Assembly: GCA_022866045.1 (NCBI GenBank)
Contig: JALHTW010000126.1
Location: forward strand, 5,104-69,103
Length of the DNA stretch: 64,000 nucleotides
Direction of reading: 5' to 3'
Source: Candidatus Aminicenantes bacterium
Lineage (GTDB): Bacteria; Acidobacteriota; Aminicenantia; Aminicenantales; UBA4085
Shown: one piece after another, positions 1-8,753 of the stretch
Position numbering within the stretch: position 1 is the first letter of the stretch
How the letters are laid out: the number at the start of each line of letters is the position of its first letter
Position numbers and translations under genes: made by a program
The notes under the pieces: model-generated
Databases searched by the model: none
Seen by the model: the letters and a program-made list of their open reading frames with translations, nothing else
What the model was told of the DNA's origin: nothing

Positions 1-138
1 CGTGTTCAGGATGATGATATCGGCATTTTTGGGATCCTCGACGAACTCGAACCCGGCCTGGCCAAGATAGCCGGCCATGACTTCGCTGTCGACGAGATTC
101 TTGGCGCAGCCGAACGTGATGAGGGAGACTTTTTTCAT
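1..138 (-). CDS. rimO: Ribosomal protein S12 methylthiotransferase RimO, N-terminal fragment (gene continues beyond window start)
   Basis: The reverse strand translates to MKKVSLITFGCAKNLVDSEVMAGYLGQAGFEFVEDPKNADIIILNT. This is the MTTase N-terminal domain, with GC(A/P)KNLVDSE typical of RimO rather than MiaB. ATG at 138..136. Confidence 0.6.
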   Translation of the reverse strand, partial: MKKVSLITFGCAKNLVDSEVMAGYLGQAGFEFVEDPKNADIIILNT

Positions 139-226
139 TTATTGCGGGCCCGCTTATCGAATTTCACATATTTCAAAGCCGTCAGGGGAGGTTGATATCA
201 TTCCCGTTCGGTATGGGGAACCCAAT

Positions 227-1519
227 CTAGGGATAAATTTTGTAAAGCAGGCGGGGGAAGGGGATGGTTTCCCGGATGTGCTTGATCCCGCACATCCAGG
301 ACACGGTCCGTTCCACACCCATGCCGAAGCCCGCGTGCGGGCAGGAGCCGTACTTGCGGAGGTCGAGATACCATTCGTAGGCTTCGCGCGGCAAGTTGTA
401 CTCCCGGATTCTCTGTTCAAGAAGTTCTAAATCATGGATGCGCTGTCCGCCGCCGATGATCTCGCCGTAACTTTCGGGCGCCATGAAATCAACGCCCAAG
501 GCTAGGTCTGGCCGCGTTGCATCAGGCTGCATATAAAAGGCTTTGATTTTAGCCGGAAAGTGGGTGATACAGACGGGATTCGGAGAGAGTTCGGAGATGA
601 GTGTCTCTTCGGGCGCGCCAAGATCATCGCCGTACTTCATCAGAGAACCCTTGGCCTGGAGCTGGGGCACCGCCTCGTCGTAGGTCATGCGGGGGAAGGG
701 TTTTGTGATCCGCTCCAACAGCTTGGGATCCCGCTCGAGCTCTTCAAGGTCGGCCCGGCAATCCGTCAGAACCCGCTCGATGATGAACAGGATGAGGTCC
801 GTGCCCAGATCAATGGCGTCGTCAAGTGTGGCGAAGGCAACTTCCGGTTCGACCATCCAAAACTCGATCAGGTGACGCCTTGTTTTGGATTTTTCGGCGC
901 GGAATGTCGGCCCGAAGCAATAAACTTTGCCGAATGCGGCGGCCGTGGCTTCGTTATAAAGCTGGCCGCTTTGGCTTAAATAGGCCATTTGATCGAAGTA
1001 TTTCGTCTCGAAAAGGGTCGTCGTCCCTTCGCAAGCGCTGGGCGTGAGGATGGGCGTGTCCATGAGGCGGAAACCGCGGCCGTCGAAGAAGTCGCGGATG
1101 GCCTTAATGACCTCAGCGCGCACCTGAAGGACAGCGTGCTGTTTTCGTGAACGGAGCCACAAGTGGCGGTGTTCCATAAGGAAGGGCGTCGTGTGCTCTT
1201 TGGGCGTGATCGGATAGTCCCTGGCGATTTGGAGAATGTCGATATCCTGAACGGTGAGCTCGAATCCACCGGGCGCCCTTTTATCTTCGCGGACCCGGCC
1301 TCGGACGACGAGCGACGATTCCTGGGTCAGTTCGTCGAATTTCCCGAAGAGGGGATGGCTCTCATCCGCGCTGAAGATCGTGGTCTGGAGAATGCCCGTG
1401 CCGTCGCGGACAAGGATAAAGCGGACCTTGCCGCTCGAGCGCTTGTTATAGACCCAGCCGCGGACCTCGACGTCTTTGTCCTTGTAAGCCGCGATGTCTT
1501 CAACATAAACCCATTTCAT
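227..1519 (-). CDS. asnS: Asparagine--tRNA ligase (class II aaRS)
   Basis: 431 aa from the ATG at 1519 (MKWVYVEDI...). Class II motifs [27 protein letters not shown] and [10 protein letters not shown] match my recollection of E. coli AsnRS. The 491-aa ORF-track version is a 5' over-extension. Confidence 0.9.
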   Translation of the reverse strand: MKWVYVEDIAAYKDKDVEVRGWVYNKRSSGKVRFILVRDGTGILQTTIFSADESHPLFGKFDELTQESSLVVRGRVREDKRAPGGFELTVQDIDILQIARDYPITPKEHTTPFLMEHRHLWLRSRKQHAVLQVRAEVIKAIRDFFDGRGFRLMDTPILTPSACEGTTTLFETKYFDQMAYLSQSGQLYNEATAAAFGKVYCFGPTFRAEKSKTRRHLIEFWMVEPEVAFATLDDAIDLGTDLILFIIERVLTDCRADLEELERDPKLLERITKPFPRMTYDEAVPQLQAKGSLMKYGDDLGAPEETLISELSPNPVCITHFPAKIKAFYMQPDATRPDLALGVDFMAPESYGEIIGGGQRIHDLELLEQRIREYNLPREAYEWYLDLRKYGSCPHAGFGMGVERTVSWMCGIKHIRETIPFPRLLYKIYP

Positions 1520-1627
1520 GGCCTCAAAATTATAAGGGAGAACCGGGGGAAGGTCAATGAAGAAAAACGATCGGACCTTAGCTCTGGATGGGATACAGTT
1601 CCCCTTTTTATTATATAATACTGGGAA

Positions 1628-2164
1628 ATGGCTGAAATTAGGTCCTTTCATCCTGTCAAACTCATCTGCGGCGTCATCTCGTCCAAAGATGAATATTTCC
1701 AAAGGGCGGAGATGCGGCTTGCTGAGCTGTACGGGCCCCTGGACAGCCGCAGCCCCAGGTTCGCATTCGATTTAACGAACTATTATGAGGCCCAGATGGG
1801 TCAGGGATTGAAAAGGGCGTTTCTCAGCTTCGAGCGGCTTATCGACCCCGTCCTATTGAGCGAGATCAAGCACCGGACAAATGCGCTGGAGAAAGAGATT
1901 GTCCGAGAGTTCCAAGAGAATTATCGTATCGTGAACCTGGATCCCGGCTATATTACCCCGGCCGCACTGATCATGGCCACGGCCAAGGATTTTTCGCATC
2001 GCGTGCCGCTTCAAAACGGAATCTTTGCCCATCTCGAATTTTTATTCGGAAAGACAGAGATTCGCCGCCTTGATTGGACCTATCCAGATTTCGCCAAAGA
2101 AGGCTATCAGAAATATTTTTTGGAATTAAGGCAGGCCTACCTCAACCAGATAAAAAGTTATTGA
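1628..2164 (+). CDS. DUF4416-family protein (function unknown)
   Basis: 178 aa. The spacing pattern PVKLI.GVI...[20 protein letters not shown]...L.EIK..TN.LE...VN.DPGY...[10 protein letters not shown] matches DUF4416 members as I recall them. Divergent from asnS. Confidence 0.5.
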   Translation: MAEIRSFHPVKLICGVISSKDEYFQRAEMRLAELYGPLDSRSPRFAFDLTNYYEAQMGQGLKRAFLSFERLIDPVLLSEIKHRTNALEKEIVREFQENYRIVNLDPGYITPAALIMATAKDFSHRVPLQNGIFAHLEFLFGKTEIRRLDWTYPDFAKEGYQKYFLELRQAYLNQIKSY

Positions 2165-2182
2165 CGGCTTTTGGACCGCCCT

Positions 2183-3076
2183 TTAGGGCTTGATCTTTTT
2201 TAAGGTTTCTGAGGCGCGCCGGATGTATTCGGGGGTCGTCCCGCAGCATCCACCGATGACATTCGCCCCGCTTTCGATCATCTTCGGTATATCTCGGACA
2301 AACTCTTCGATCCCTTGGGAATAGACGACTTCCAGGGCACCCGTCAGCTCCGGCTTTCCGGCATTGGGCTGGGCGATGAGCGGCCGAGACGTATGTTTTC
2401 TCATTTCGCCTATGCAGTCAGCCAAGTCCGAGCTCGTCAGCGTGCAGTTGGCGCCGAACACGGGAATATCCAGTTTTTCGAAGGCCTCAACGCACTGCGC
2501 CACGCTGTTGCCCATGAGAGTGAAAAAGCCGCGGGGGGTTCGATTAAAGGTCATGGTCACAAAAATAGGGATGGACGCGGAGCTTCGGGCGCCTCGCACG
2601 GCGCAGAGAGCTTCCCGCAGGTCGAACATCGTTTCGATGAGCAGGAAATCCACTTGTCCCATGGCCAGGGCTTTGGCCTGAACGGCGAAAGCTTGTTCGA
2701 ACTGTTCCTCGGAATATTCGCCCTGGGGCTTCAGAAATTTCCCCGTTGGTCCTAAGCCTCCGCCGGCGAACTTCCCTTGGGGTTTGATCTCGGCCACTAA
2801 CTTGGCGGCCGCGGCGTTGAGCTCAGGGCATCGGTCTTCGAGACCGTAGGCGATGAGCTTGATCCTGTTCCCGCCAAAGGAATTGGTCACGACGGCGTCC
2901 GACCCGGCATCATAATAACTCCGGTGGATATCTTTGACCACCTCCGGATGGCTCACATTCCAGAGCTCGGGACACGTTCCTTGGGGCAGGCCGCGGTTCA
3001 TGAGCTCGGTACCCAGAGCACCGTCAAAAAGCACTGTTCGTTTAGCCAAAAGGTCTAAGATCATAAAAGCCGACAT
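2183..3076 (-). CDS. Homocysteine S-methyltransferase domain protein (MmuM/BHMT/MetH-N family, PF02574)
   Basis: 297 aa. Carries the Hcy-binding barrel and the C-terminal zinc motif GGCCGTTPEYI. ATG at 3076. Confidence 0.7.
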   Translation of the reverse strand: MSAFMILDLLAKRTVLFDGALGTELMNRGLPQGTCPELWNVSHPEVVKDIHRSYYDAGSDAVVTNSFGGNRIKLIAYGLEDRCPELNAAAAKLVAEIKPQGKFAGGGLGPTGKFLKPQGEYSEEQFEQAFAVQAKALAMGQVDFLLIETMFDLREALCAVRGARSSASIPIFVTMTFNRTPRGFFTLMGNSVAQCVEAFEKLDIPVFGANCTLTSSDLADCIGEMRKHTSRPLIAQPNAGKPELTGALEVVYSQGIEEFVRDIPKMIESGANVIGGCCGTTPEYIRRASETLKKIKP

Positions 3077-3088
3077 TGGAATTCCCCT

Positions 3089-4252
3089 TTAGACATCCTC
3101 GGGATTGAACGCCGAGATCTTCCGGAGTTTTTCGATAATATCGGGAAGTTCTCTGAGGACGATATCGATGTCGTCCTCGGTGTTGAAACGTCCGAGTGAG
3201 AGGCGGACCGTGGAGCGGGCGATCTCTGGCCGGAGGCCGATCGCGAGCAGCACGTGGGATACTTCTTCCAATTCTTCGCTGCAGGCCGATCCGGTTGAAA
3301 CGTAGATCTCCTTAGTAGCGAGGGCCAGAAGAACGGCCTCGGCTTCAAGCCCAAGGAAGGAGAAATTCAGCGTGCTTTTGATCCTCTGCTCAGGATGGCC
3401 GTTGAACCGGACCTTCGGGATCTTCTCTTCGATTCCCGCCTTCAATCGCGCGGCCAATCGTTCGATGCGGGCCCGATCGGATTCGAACTTCTCCGGAAGA
3501 ATCCGCGCCGCTTCGCCGAAGCCGATGATGCCGATGGTGTTTTCGGTCCCCGCCCGCAGGCCGCGCTCCTGGTGGCCGCCATGGAGAAAAGGCAGGATAG
3601 ATGTCCCTCTCCTGACGTAGAGAGCTCCGACGCCCTTAGGTCCGTAGATCTTGTGAGAGGACACGGAGAGGAGGTCAACGCCCAGCTTCTCCACCTGGAC
3701 ATCGATCTTGCCGAACGCCTGCACGGCGTCGGTGTGAACGAGAGCGCCGTTCTCTTTGGCGATGCGCACGACATCTTCGATCGGCTGGATCGTGCCGATC
3801 TCATTATTTCCATACATGATCGAGACGAGGGCGGTCCGGGGCGTCACAGCACTCCGCAGAAAATCCAGGTCGATGAGACCATAGCGGTCCACAGGAACAT
3901 ACGCGACCTTATACCCCTTTTTTTCGAGATAGATCGCCGTTTGCTGCACGGCCGGATGCTCGACCGCGGACGTGATGAACTCCTTCTTGTCGGGATACGC
4001 CTCGAGGACGCCCAAAATAGCATGGTTATCGGATTCGGTGCCCGATCCGGTGAAATAAACCTCGGACTTGAAAGCACCGAGCGCTTTGGCCACGTGTTCG
4101 CGGGCTTCGTTGATCATTTCCTGGACCTGGCGGCCAATAGGGTAGAGGGAAGAGGGGTTGCCGAAATGTTCTTTTAGAAACCAGGACATCTTTTCCGCGA
4201 CGGCAGGGTCGAGCGGGGTCGTGGCGTTGTTATCGAGATAAACCATATCCAT
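3089..4252 (-). CDS. Cysteine desulfurase (NifS/IscS class V aminotransferase family)
   Basis: SSHKIYGPKGVGALYV PLP-lysine motif. The ORF-track start at 4255 is GTG; in-frame ATGs lie at 4252 and 4246 (MDMVYLDNNATTP). Confidence 0.8.
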   Translation of the reverse strand: MDMVYLDNNATTPLDPAVAEKMSWFLKEHFGNPSSLYPIGRQVQEMINEAREHVAKALGAFKSEVYFTGSGTESDNHAILGVLEAYPDKKEFITSAVEHPAVQQTAIYLEKKGYKVAYVPVDRYGLIDLDFLRSAVTPRTALVSIMYGNNEIGTIQPIEDVVRIAKENGALVHTDAVQAFGKIDVQVEKLGVDLLSVSSHKIYGPKGVGALYVRRGTSILPFLHGGHQERGLRAGTENTIGIIGFGEAARILPEKFESDRARIERLAARLKAGIEEKIPKVRFNGHPEQRIKSTLNFSFLGLEAEAVLLALATKEIYVSTGSACSEELEEVSHVLLAIGLRPEIARSTVRLSLGRFNTEDDIDIVLRELPDIIEKLRKISAFNPEDV

Positions 4253-4370
4253 CACTGCTCCTTGATCTCCGGGCCTAAAGTCCGAGGAGTTATTGTATAA
4301 AAAAACGCAGAAAAATACTACTAAATCTATCGGCTTGTATGTTTTAAGGATGATATGAAAGGCAAAAATT

Positions 4371-4399
4371 CGGGGACACGGACCAAGGACGTGTCCCCG
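4371..4399 (-). terminator. Rho-independent terminator after the serC/serA-like operon
   Basis: Perfect 10-bp stem cggggacacg/cgtgtccccg with a 9-nt loop. On the minus strand it is followed by AATTTTT (plus strand aaaaatt at 4365-4371), immediately 3' of the dehydrogenase stop at 4406. Confidence 0.6.
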
Positions 4400-4405
4400 A
4401 ATTTA

Positions 4406-5305
4406 TCAGGCCAGCTTTTCTTTCAGGATCTTGACGACCTCGAGGCCGGCCCGTTTCTGGCCTTCCTCGGCTTGGGCGCCGATGTGGGGCGCGGCTAAAA
4501 CGTTCGGGTGGTCGACGAGCGTCCAGTCCTCCAGCGGTTCTTTGGCGAAGACATCGATGGCGGCCGCTTTGACCTTGCCGGAATTCAAAGCGTCCAAAAG
4601 CGCTTTTTCATCCACGACCCCGCCGCGCGCGGCATTGACAAGGATGACCCCGTTCTTCATCTTTTGGAATTCGGCCGCACCTAAGATCGGCCCCCCCGTC
4701 TTCGGAACGTGGAGCGAGATGATATCGGCCTTGGCCAAGAGCTCATCAAACGTGACCTGTTTTAGGGGAAGCGCGGTTCGGATAGGAATAACATCATAGC
4801 CGATGACATTCATCCCGAAGGCGATGGCCCGCTCGGCGACGGCCAGCCCGATCCGGCCGCAGCCGATGAGCCCGAGCGTCTTTTGATAGAGCTCCGTGCC
4901 GTGGAGGGCCTTCTTTTCCCATTTGTGCTGTTTCATGGTGGTGTTGGCCAGACCGTGCTGACGGACCGCGCCCAGCATGAGGCCGAACGCGTGTTCGGCC
5001 ACGGAGATTGTCGTCGCTGCCGGAGTATTGGCAACCGTGATGCCCTTGGCCTTGGCCGCCGCTGCGTCCACGTTATCCAGCCCGATGCCGGCGCGGACAA
5101 TGATCTCAAGGTTGGTCGAAGCGTTTACGACGGGCTTGGTTACCTTTGTCGCGCTGCGGACGACGATGGCCTTGAATCCGGGAATGGTCTTGACGAGCTC
5201 CGCTTCGTCCATACCGGTTTTCAGCGTTACCTCGAAGCCCGGAACAGCCTTGAGGAGTTCCATGGCCTCTTTATCCAAAGAATCCGCGACTAAGATCTTG
5301 TTCAT
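4406..5305 (-). CDS. D-isomer-specific 2-hydroxyacid dehydrogenase (likely short-form D-3-phosphoglycerate dehydrogenase)
   Basis: NAD-binding GLIGCGRIGLAVAERA Rossmann motif. ATGA overlap with the upstream aminotransferase, giving a serC/serA-like pair. Confidence 0.65.
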   Translation of the reverse strand: MNKILVADSLDKEAMELLKAVPGFEVTLKTGMDEAELVKTIPGFKAIVVRSATKVTKPVVNASTNLEIIVRAGIGLDNVDAAAAKAKGITVANTPAATTISVAEHAFGLMLGAVRQHGLANTTMKQHKWEKKALHGTELYQKTLGLIGCGRIGLAVAERAIAFGMNVIGYDVIPIRTALPLKQVTFDELLAKADIISLHVPKTGGPILGAAEFQKMKNGVILVNAARGGVVDEKALLDALNSGKVKAAAIDVFAKEPLEDWTLVDHPNVLAAPHIGAQAEEGQKRAGLEVVKILKEKLA

Positions 5306-6447
5306 AACCAGCCCTCCCTCAAAATAGGCTCGGCCGCTTTGACCGACGCGCCCAGCTCGAATTTATAACTCAGGTCGCTCAGAGTCATTTCGAGCGCGGT
5401 CAGAGCTGTGATGATATCGAACCCGCCCATGTAGCCCAAATGAGCGATCCGGAAGAATTTGCCCTTATGGGGGTCCTGGGCGCCCGCGATGTAGGCCATA
5501 TATTTGCCCTGCATCGTTTTCACGATCTTGGAGCCTTCAATGCCGGCCGGCGTTTTCACCGCGGTCAGGATGTTGCCCGGTTTTTTGGCCAGAAGCTCGA
5601 GCCCGAGGGCCTTCACGCCCGCTCTCGTCGCATCGCCCAGGATGCGATGATGGGCGAAAAGTTTCTCCAGTCCCATGGCCATGATGATATCCAGCGACTT
5701 TTTTTGCTGGATGACAAGAGAAATGCCTGGCGTCCAGGGCGTAGTCTTATCCGCCAGATTCTTTTTGGCTTTTTTGACGTCGAAATAGAATTTGGGGCAC
5801 TTGGCCGTCTCGACAAGCTTCCAGGCTTTCTGGCTGAAGGCGATGTAGGCCAGTCCGGGAGGAATCATGAAGGACTTCTGGGAGCCGGACAAGAAAATAT
5901 CAACTTTCCAGTCGTCCATGGGACAAGGCATGACGCCTGCACCCGAGATGCCGTCCACGACGAGAATGGCGTTCGTCTTGGATACGACTTCGCCATAGCC
6001 TTGGATGTCGAAAATGGCGCCTGTGGATGTCTCCGAAAGCTGGCAGAAAATGGCTTTGAGGTCGGGGTTGGCCTTGAGCTCAGCTTCAAGCTCGTCTTTC
6101 GTGTAATCCTGGCCCCATTCCAGGACAATCTCTTTATGCTGAATGCCGTAGGCCTTACAAATGTTGCCCCACCGCTCGCCGAATTTCCCGCCGTTGATCG
6201 TGAGTGCCTTGTCGCCTGGGGAAAGGATATTCACGACGGCGGCCTCCATCGCCCCCGTGCCGGATGAGGTGAGGATATACACATCCTCCTTCGTGCCGAA
6301 GACGTATTTCAAGCCTTCGGTCACCTCCATGAAGATCTTGGAAAACTCGGGCGTCCGGTGGTGGATGATCGGCTCGGCCGCCGCGGCCAGGACGTTCTCC
6401 GGAACGGGAGTGGGACCGGGAGAGAGAAGATAATATTTTTTAATCAT
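5302..6447 (-). CDS. Class V aminotransferase (serine-pyruvate/phosphoserine aminotransferase type)
   Basis: 381 aa with an AGT-family fold (SGSQKSFMIPPGLAY around the PLP lysine). Strong RBS ggagga 5' of the ATG at 6447. Confidence 0.65.
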   Translation of the reverse strand: MIKKYYLLSPGPTPVPENVLAAAAEPIIHHRTPEFSKIFMEVTEGLKYVFGTKEDVYILTSSGTGAMEAAVVNILSPGDKALTINGGKFGERWGNICKAYGIQHKEIVLEWGQDYTKDELEAELKANPDLKAIFCQLSETSTGAIFDIQGYGEVVSKTNAILVVDGISGAGVMPCPMDDWKVDIFLSGSQKSFMIPPGLAYIAFSQKAWKLVETAKCPKFYFDVKKAKKNLADKTTPWTPGISLVIQQKKSLDIIMAMGLEKLFAHHRILGDATRAGVKALGLELLAKKPGNILTAVKTPAGIEGSKIVKTMQGKYMAYIAGAQDPHKGKFFRIAHLGYMGGFDIITALTALEMTLSDLSYKFELGASVKAAEPILREGWL

Positions 6448-6548
6448 GAATCCTCCTTTGAGATATGAAATATTATCGGATTATGAATGGTCTCAACCTT
6501 TTTCCTATAAGAAAAAATAACTCAACAAAATGAATATTGTCAAGTCCG

Positions 6549-7679
6549 TCACAGCTGGCGGAGGAGCTCGACGAGGAGGGCCGCCCTTTGAATGAGCGAA
6601 GGCAAGATCAAATGCTCGTGGTTGGCGTGGATGCCATCGCCGTCCGGGCCGAGGCCGTCGAGCGTCGCGACGCCGACGCCGGCCGCTATGGAGGCATCGG
6701 ATCCGCCCCCGGTCTTTCCGCCTTCAAGAGCGATGCCCAGGTCCGCGGCAATCTTCTTGGCCTCGAGAAAGAGGTCGGTGGAAGCCCTGGTCTTTTCCAT
6801 GGGCGGCGTCAGGCTCTCCACAGAGAATTTGATCCTCGCTCCGCGGAGCCGCGGGACCAGCTTCTTGAAAAAGCCGATGATCTTATCTTTCTGGACCGTG
6901 TTCCAGAACCGGACGTCGCAGATAGCCCAGGCCTTATCGGGCACGACGTTGGCTTTTTCGCCGCCCCCAATGAGGCCGATATTGACCGAGATGTCCTTGG
7001 ACTTGAGCGTCTGAACGCGGCGGAGCTGGGCGATGAGCTCTTCGACAGCGTTCACGCCTTTTTCCGGCGTCCCGCCATGGGCGGATTTTCCGAAGGCATC
7101 CAAGCGAATGACAAGCCGTCCTTTTCTCTGGACCTTGAGTCCGCCACCGGGCAGGGCCGGCTCAAGGCAAAGGACGGAGTCGGCCTTCTTTGCCAGCTTT
7201 CTGATGATGTCATGGGCTTCATCGTTTCCTGTCTCTTCAGCGGAATTGATGAAAATGGCGATCTTCTTTTGCGGCCGGATGTTGAGTTCGTTCAGGGTCT
7301 TGAGGGCGAAATAGGATAGGACGAGGCCTGCCTTCATGTCCAGAACGCCCGGCCCTAAGACTTTCTCGCCGGAGACATAGAACGGCATCTTCTTGATCTT
7401 TCCCACAGGCCAGACCGTATCGATGTGGGTCAGGACGAGGATCTGTCCTTCGAGGCTCTTGTCTTCTTTAGCCGGATACTCGACAAGATGAAAATCGCCG
7501 ACCTCTTTCTGAGGAAACTTTCTGGTCTTGACCCCGATCTTCTTGAATTGCTCGATGAGATACAAAGAGCAGGCGTCGACGGCTTTTTTGTCCGAGGTCG
7601 GGGATTCACGCTGAACGAGATCTTTGAGCAGGTTGATCATCTCGCCCTGCCGCGATTTAAAATATTGGTTGAAGTTCAT
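6549..7679 (-). CDS. M20-family metallopeptidase (carboxypeptidase G2 / acetylornithine deacetylase-like)
   Basis: HIDTVWPVG and GPGVLDMKAG metal-binding motifs. RBS gaggaggtgg upstream of the ATG at 7679. Confidence 0.7.
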   Translation of the reverse strand: MNFNQYFKSRQGEMINLLKDLVQRESPTSDKKAVDACSLYLIEQFKKIGVKTRKFPQKEVGDFHLVEYPAKEDKSLEGQILVLTHIDTVWPVGKIKKMPFYVSGEKVLGPGVLDMKAGLVLSYFALKTLNELNIRPQKKIAIFINSAEETGNDEAHDIIRKLAKKADSVLCLEPALPGGGLKVQRKGRLVIRLDAFGKSAHGGTPEKGVNAVEELIAQLRRVQTLKSKDISVNIGLIGGGEKANVVPDKAWAICDVRFWNTVQKDKIIGFFKKLVPRLRGARIKFSVESLTPPMEKTRASTDLFLEAKKIAADLGIALEGGKTGGGSDASIAAGVGVATLDGLGPDGDGIHANHEHLILPSLIQRAALLVELLRQL

Positions 7680-7767
7680 GCCACCTCCTCTTCAGGATAA
7701 TCCAATTTATCACAGCTCGGGCCGAATTTCATCAAGAACATTGACATCACGATTCGATTCAAAGAAG

Positions 7768-8400
7768 ATGTTAGCCGCCATGCGCCGTTTCCGCTGGATG
7801 ACTTGGATCGCATTTATCGCCATCCTTTCTTCGCCGGCGGCGTTCGCCCAGTTCGGGCGACGGGCCATCCAGACCCACGGAGGGTATGCCTTCCATGAAG
7901 AAAACAATCTCCGCGGCGGGTTCGAATCAGGCTTCGGCTTTTCCTATCCCCTCGGAAAACGATTCTCCCTGTCCTTAGAGTTTTCCCATTGGCCGGCGAC
8001 GTCCAAGGAGTCTTTCCGCAAACTCCATAACGGGAGGATGACGGTCTCGCCGATCCTCATCTGTCTCCAATGTGAATTCCTTCAGAATAAATTCTTCTTC
8101 CCGTACGCCTTCGGCGGGGGCGCCTTTGTCTTCGCCAGGTTCAAGATAGGGTCGTACGCGTCCATTCCGGAGGTCAAGATCGAACAGAAGATCGAGGACG
8201 GGCCGGGCTTGTATTTCGGCCTCGGCGGGCGGATCGCATTCAGCGATGCCCTGAGCTTTTTCTGTGAGGTCTCCTATCTGCGGAGGATGGCCCCGGCTAA
8301 GACGATCATCCGGGACATGAACCTGGGGACCTCCACCGAGGAGATCGTCGCGAACCTCCGGACCGTATTTCTCAAATTCGGATTGAAACTTTTCTTTTAA
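7768..8400 (+). CDS. Outer-membrane beta-barrel protein (OmpW/PF13505-like)
   Basis: Signal peptide MLAAMRRFRWMTWIAFIAILSSPAAFAQ, alternating amphipathic beta-strands and a C-terminal ...LKFGLKLFF. Start taken at the ATG at 7768; the ORF-track N-terminus is an extension. Confidence 0.6.
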   Translation: MLAAMRRFRWMTWIAFIAILSSPAAFAQFGRRAIQTHGGYAFHEENNLRGGFESGFGFSYPLGKRFSLSLEFSHWPATSKESFRKLHNGRMTVSPILICLQCEFLQNKFFFPYAFGGGAFVFARFKIGSYASIPEVKIEQKIEDGPGLYFGLGGRIAFSDALSFFCEVSYLRRMAPAKTIIRDMNLGTSTEEIVANLRTVFLKFGLKLFF

Positions 8401-8442
8401 AAAGAGAAACAAGCAATGGTGGGCTAAAAAATATAGGCGTCA

Positions 8443-8470
8443 GCCCGCCTCGCGGGCGTTGTGGTTTTTG
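8443..8470 (+). terminator. Possible weak intrinsic terminator after the OMP gene
   Basis: 6-bp stem gcccgc/gcgggc with loop ctc, followed 6 nt later by a ttttt run. Confidence 0.3.
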
Positions 8471-8753
8471 GCCTTCTCCAATTGGGCTGTCGCCAAGCAG
8501 GCCGGCGGAGCAGGCCGATAAAACCAAGGTTTTCGTGACGCCACCCAGCTCCCCGACAGCGTCCGGGCGATCCGCGTGACGCCGAGCGTTTATACGACGC
8601 TCGAGAGCTTGATGTGTCCATCGAACGCGTCACCTATCTCGTGAAGAACGGCCTGCCGAAACAGAGAGGCGCAACCTGCCCGTTGATTTTGGGCCGGTTT
8701 TATCTTACAGTACCAAATGGGAAAAACGACCGGTTTCTAAAATGTTCGGGCCA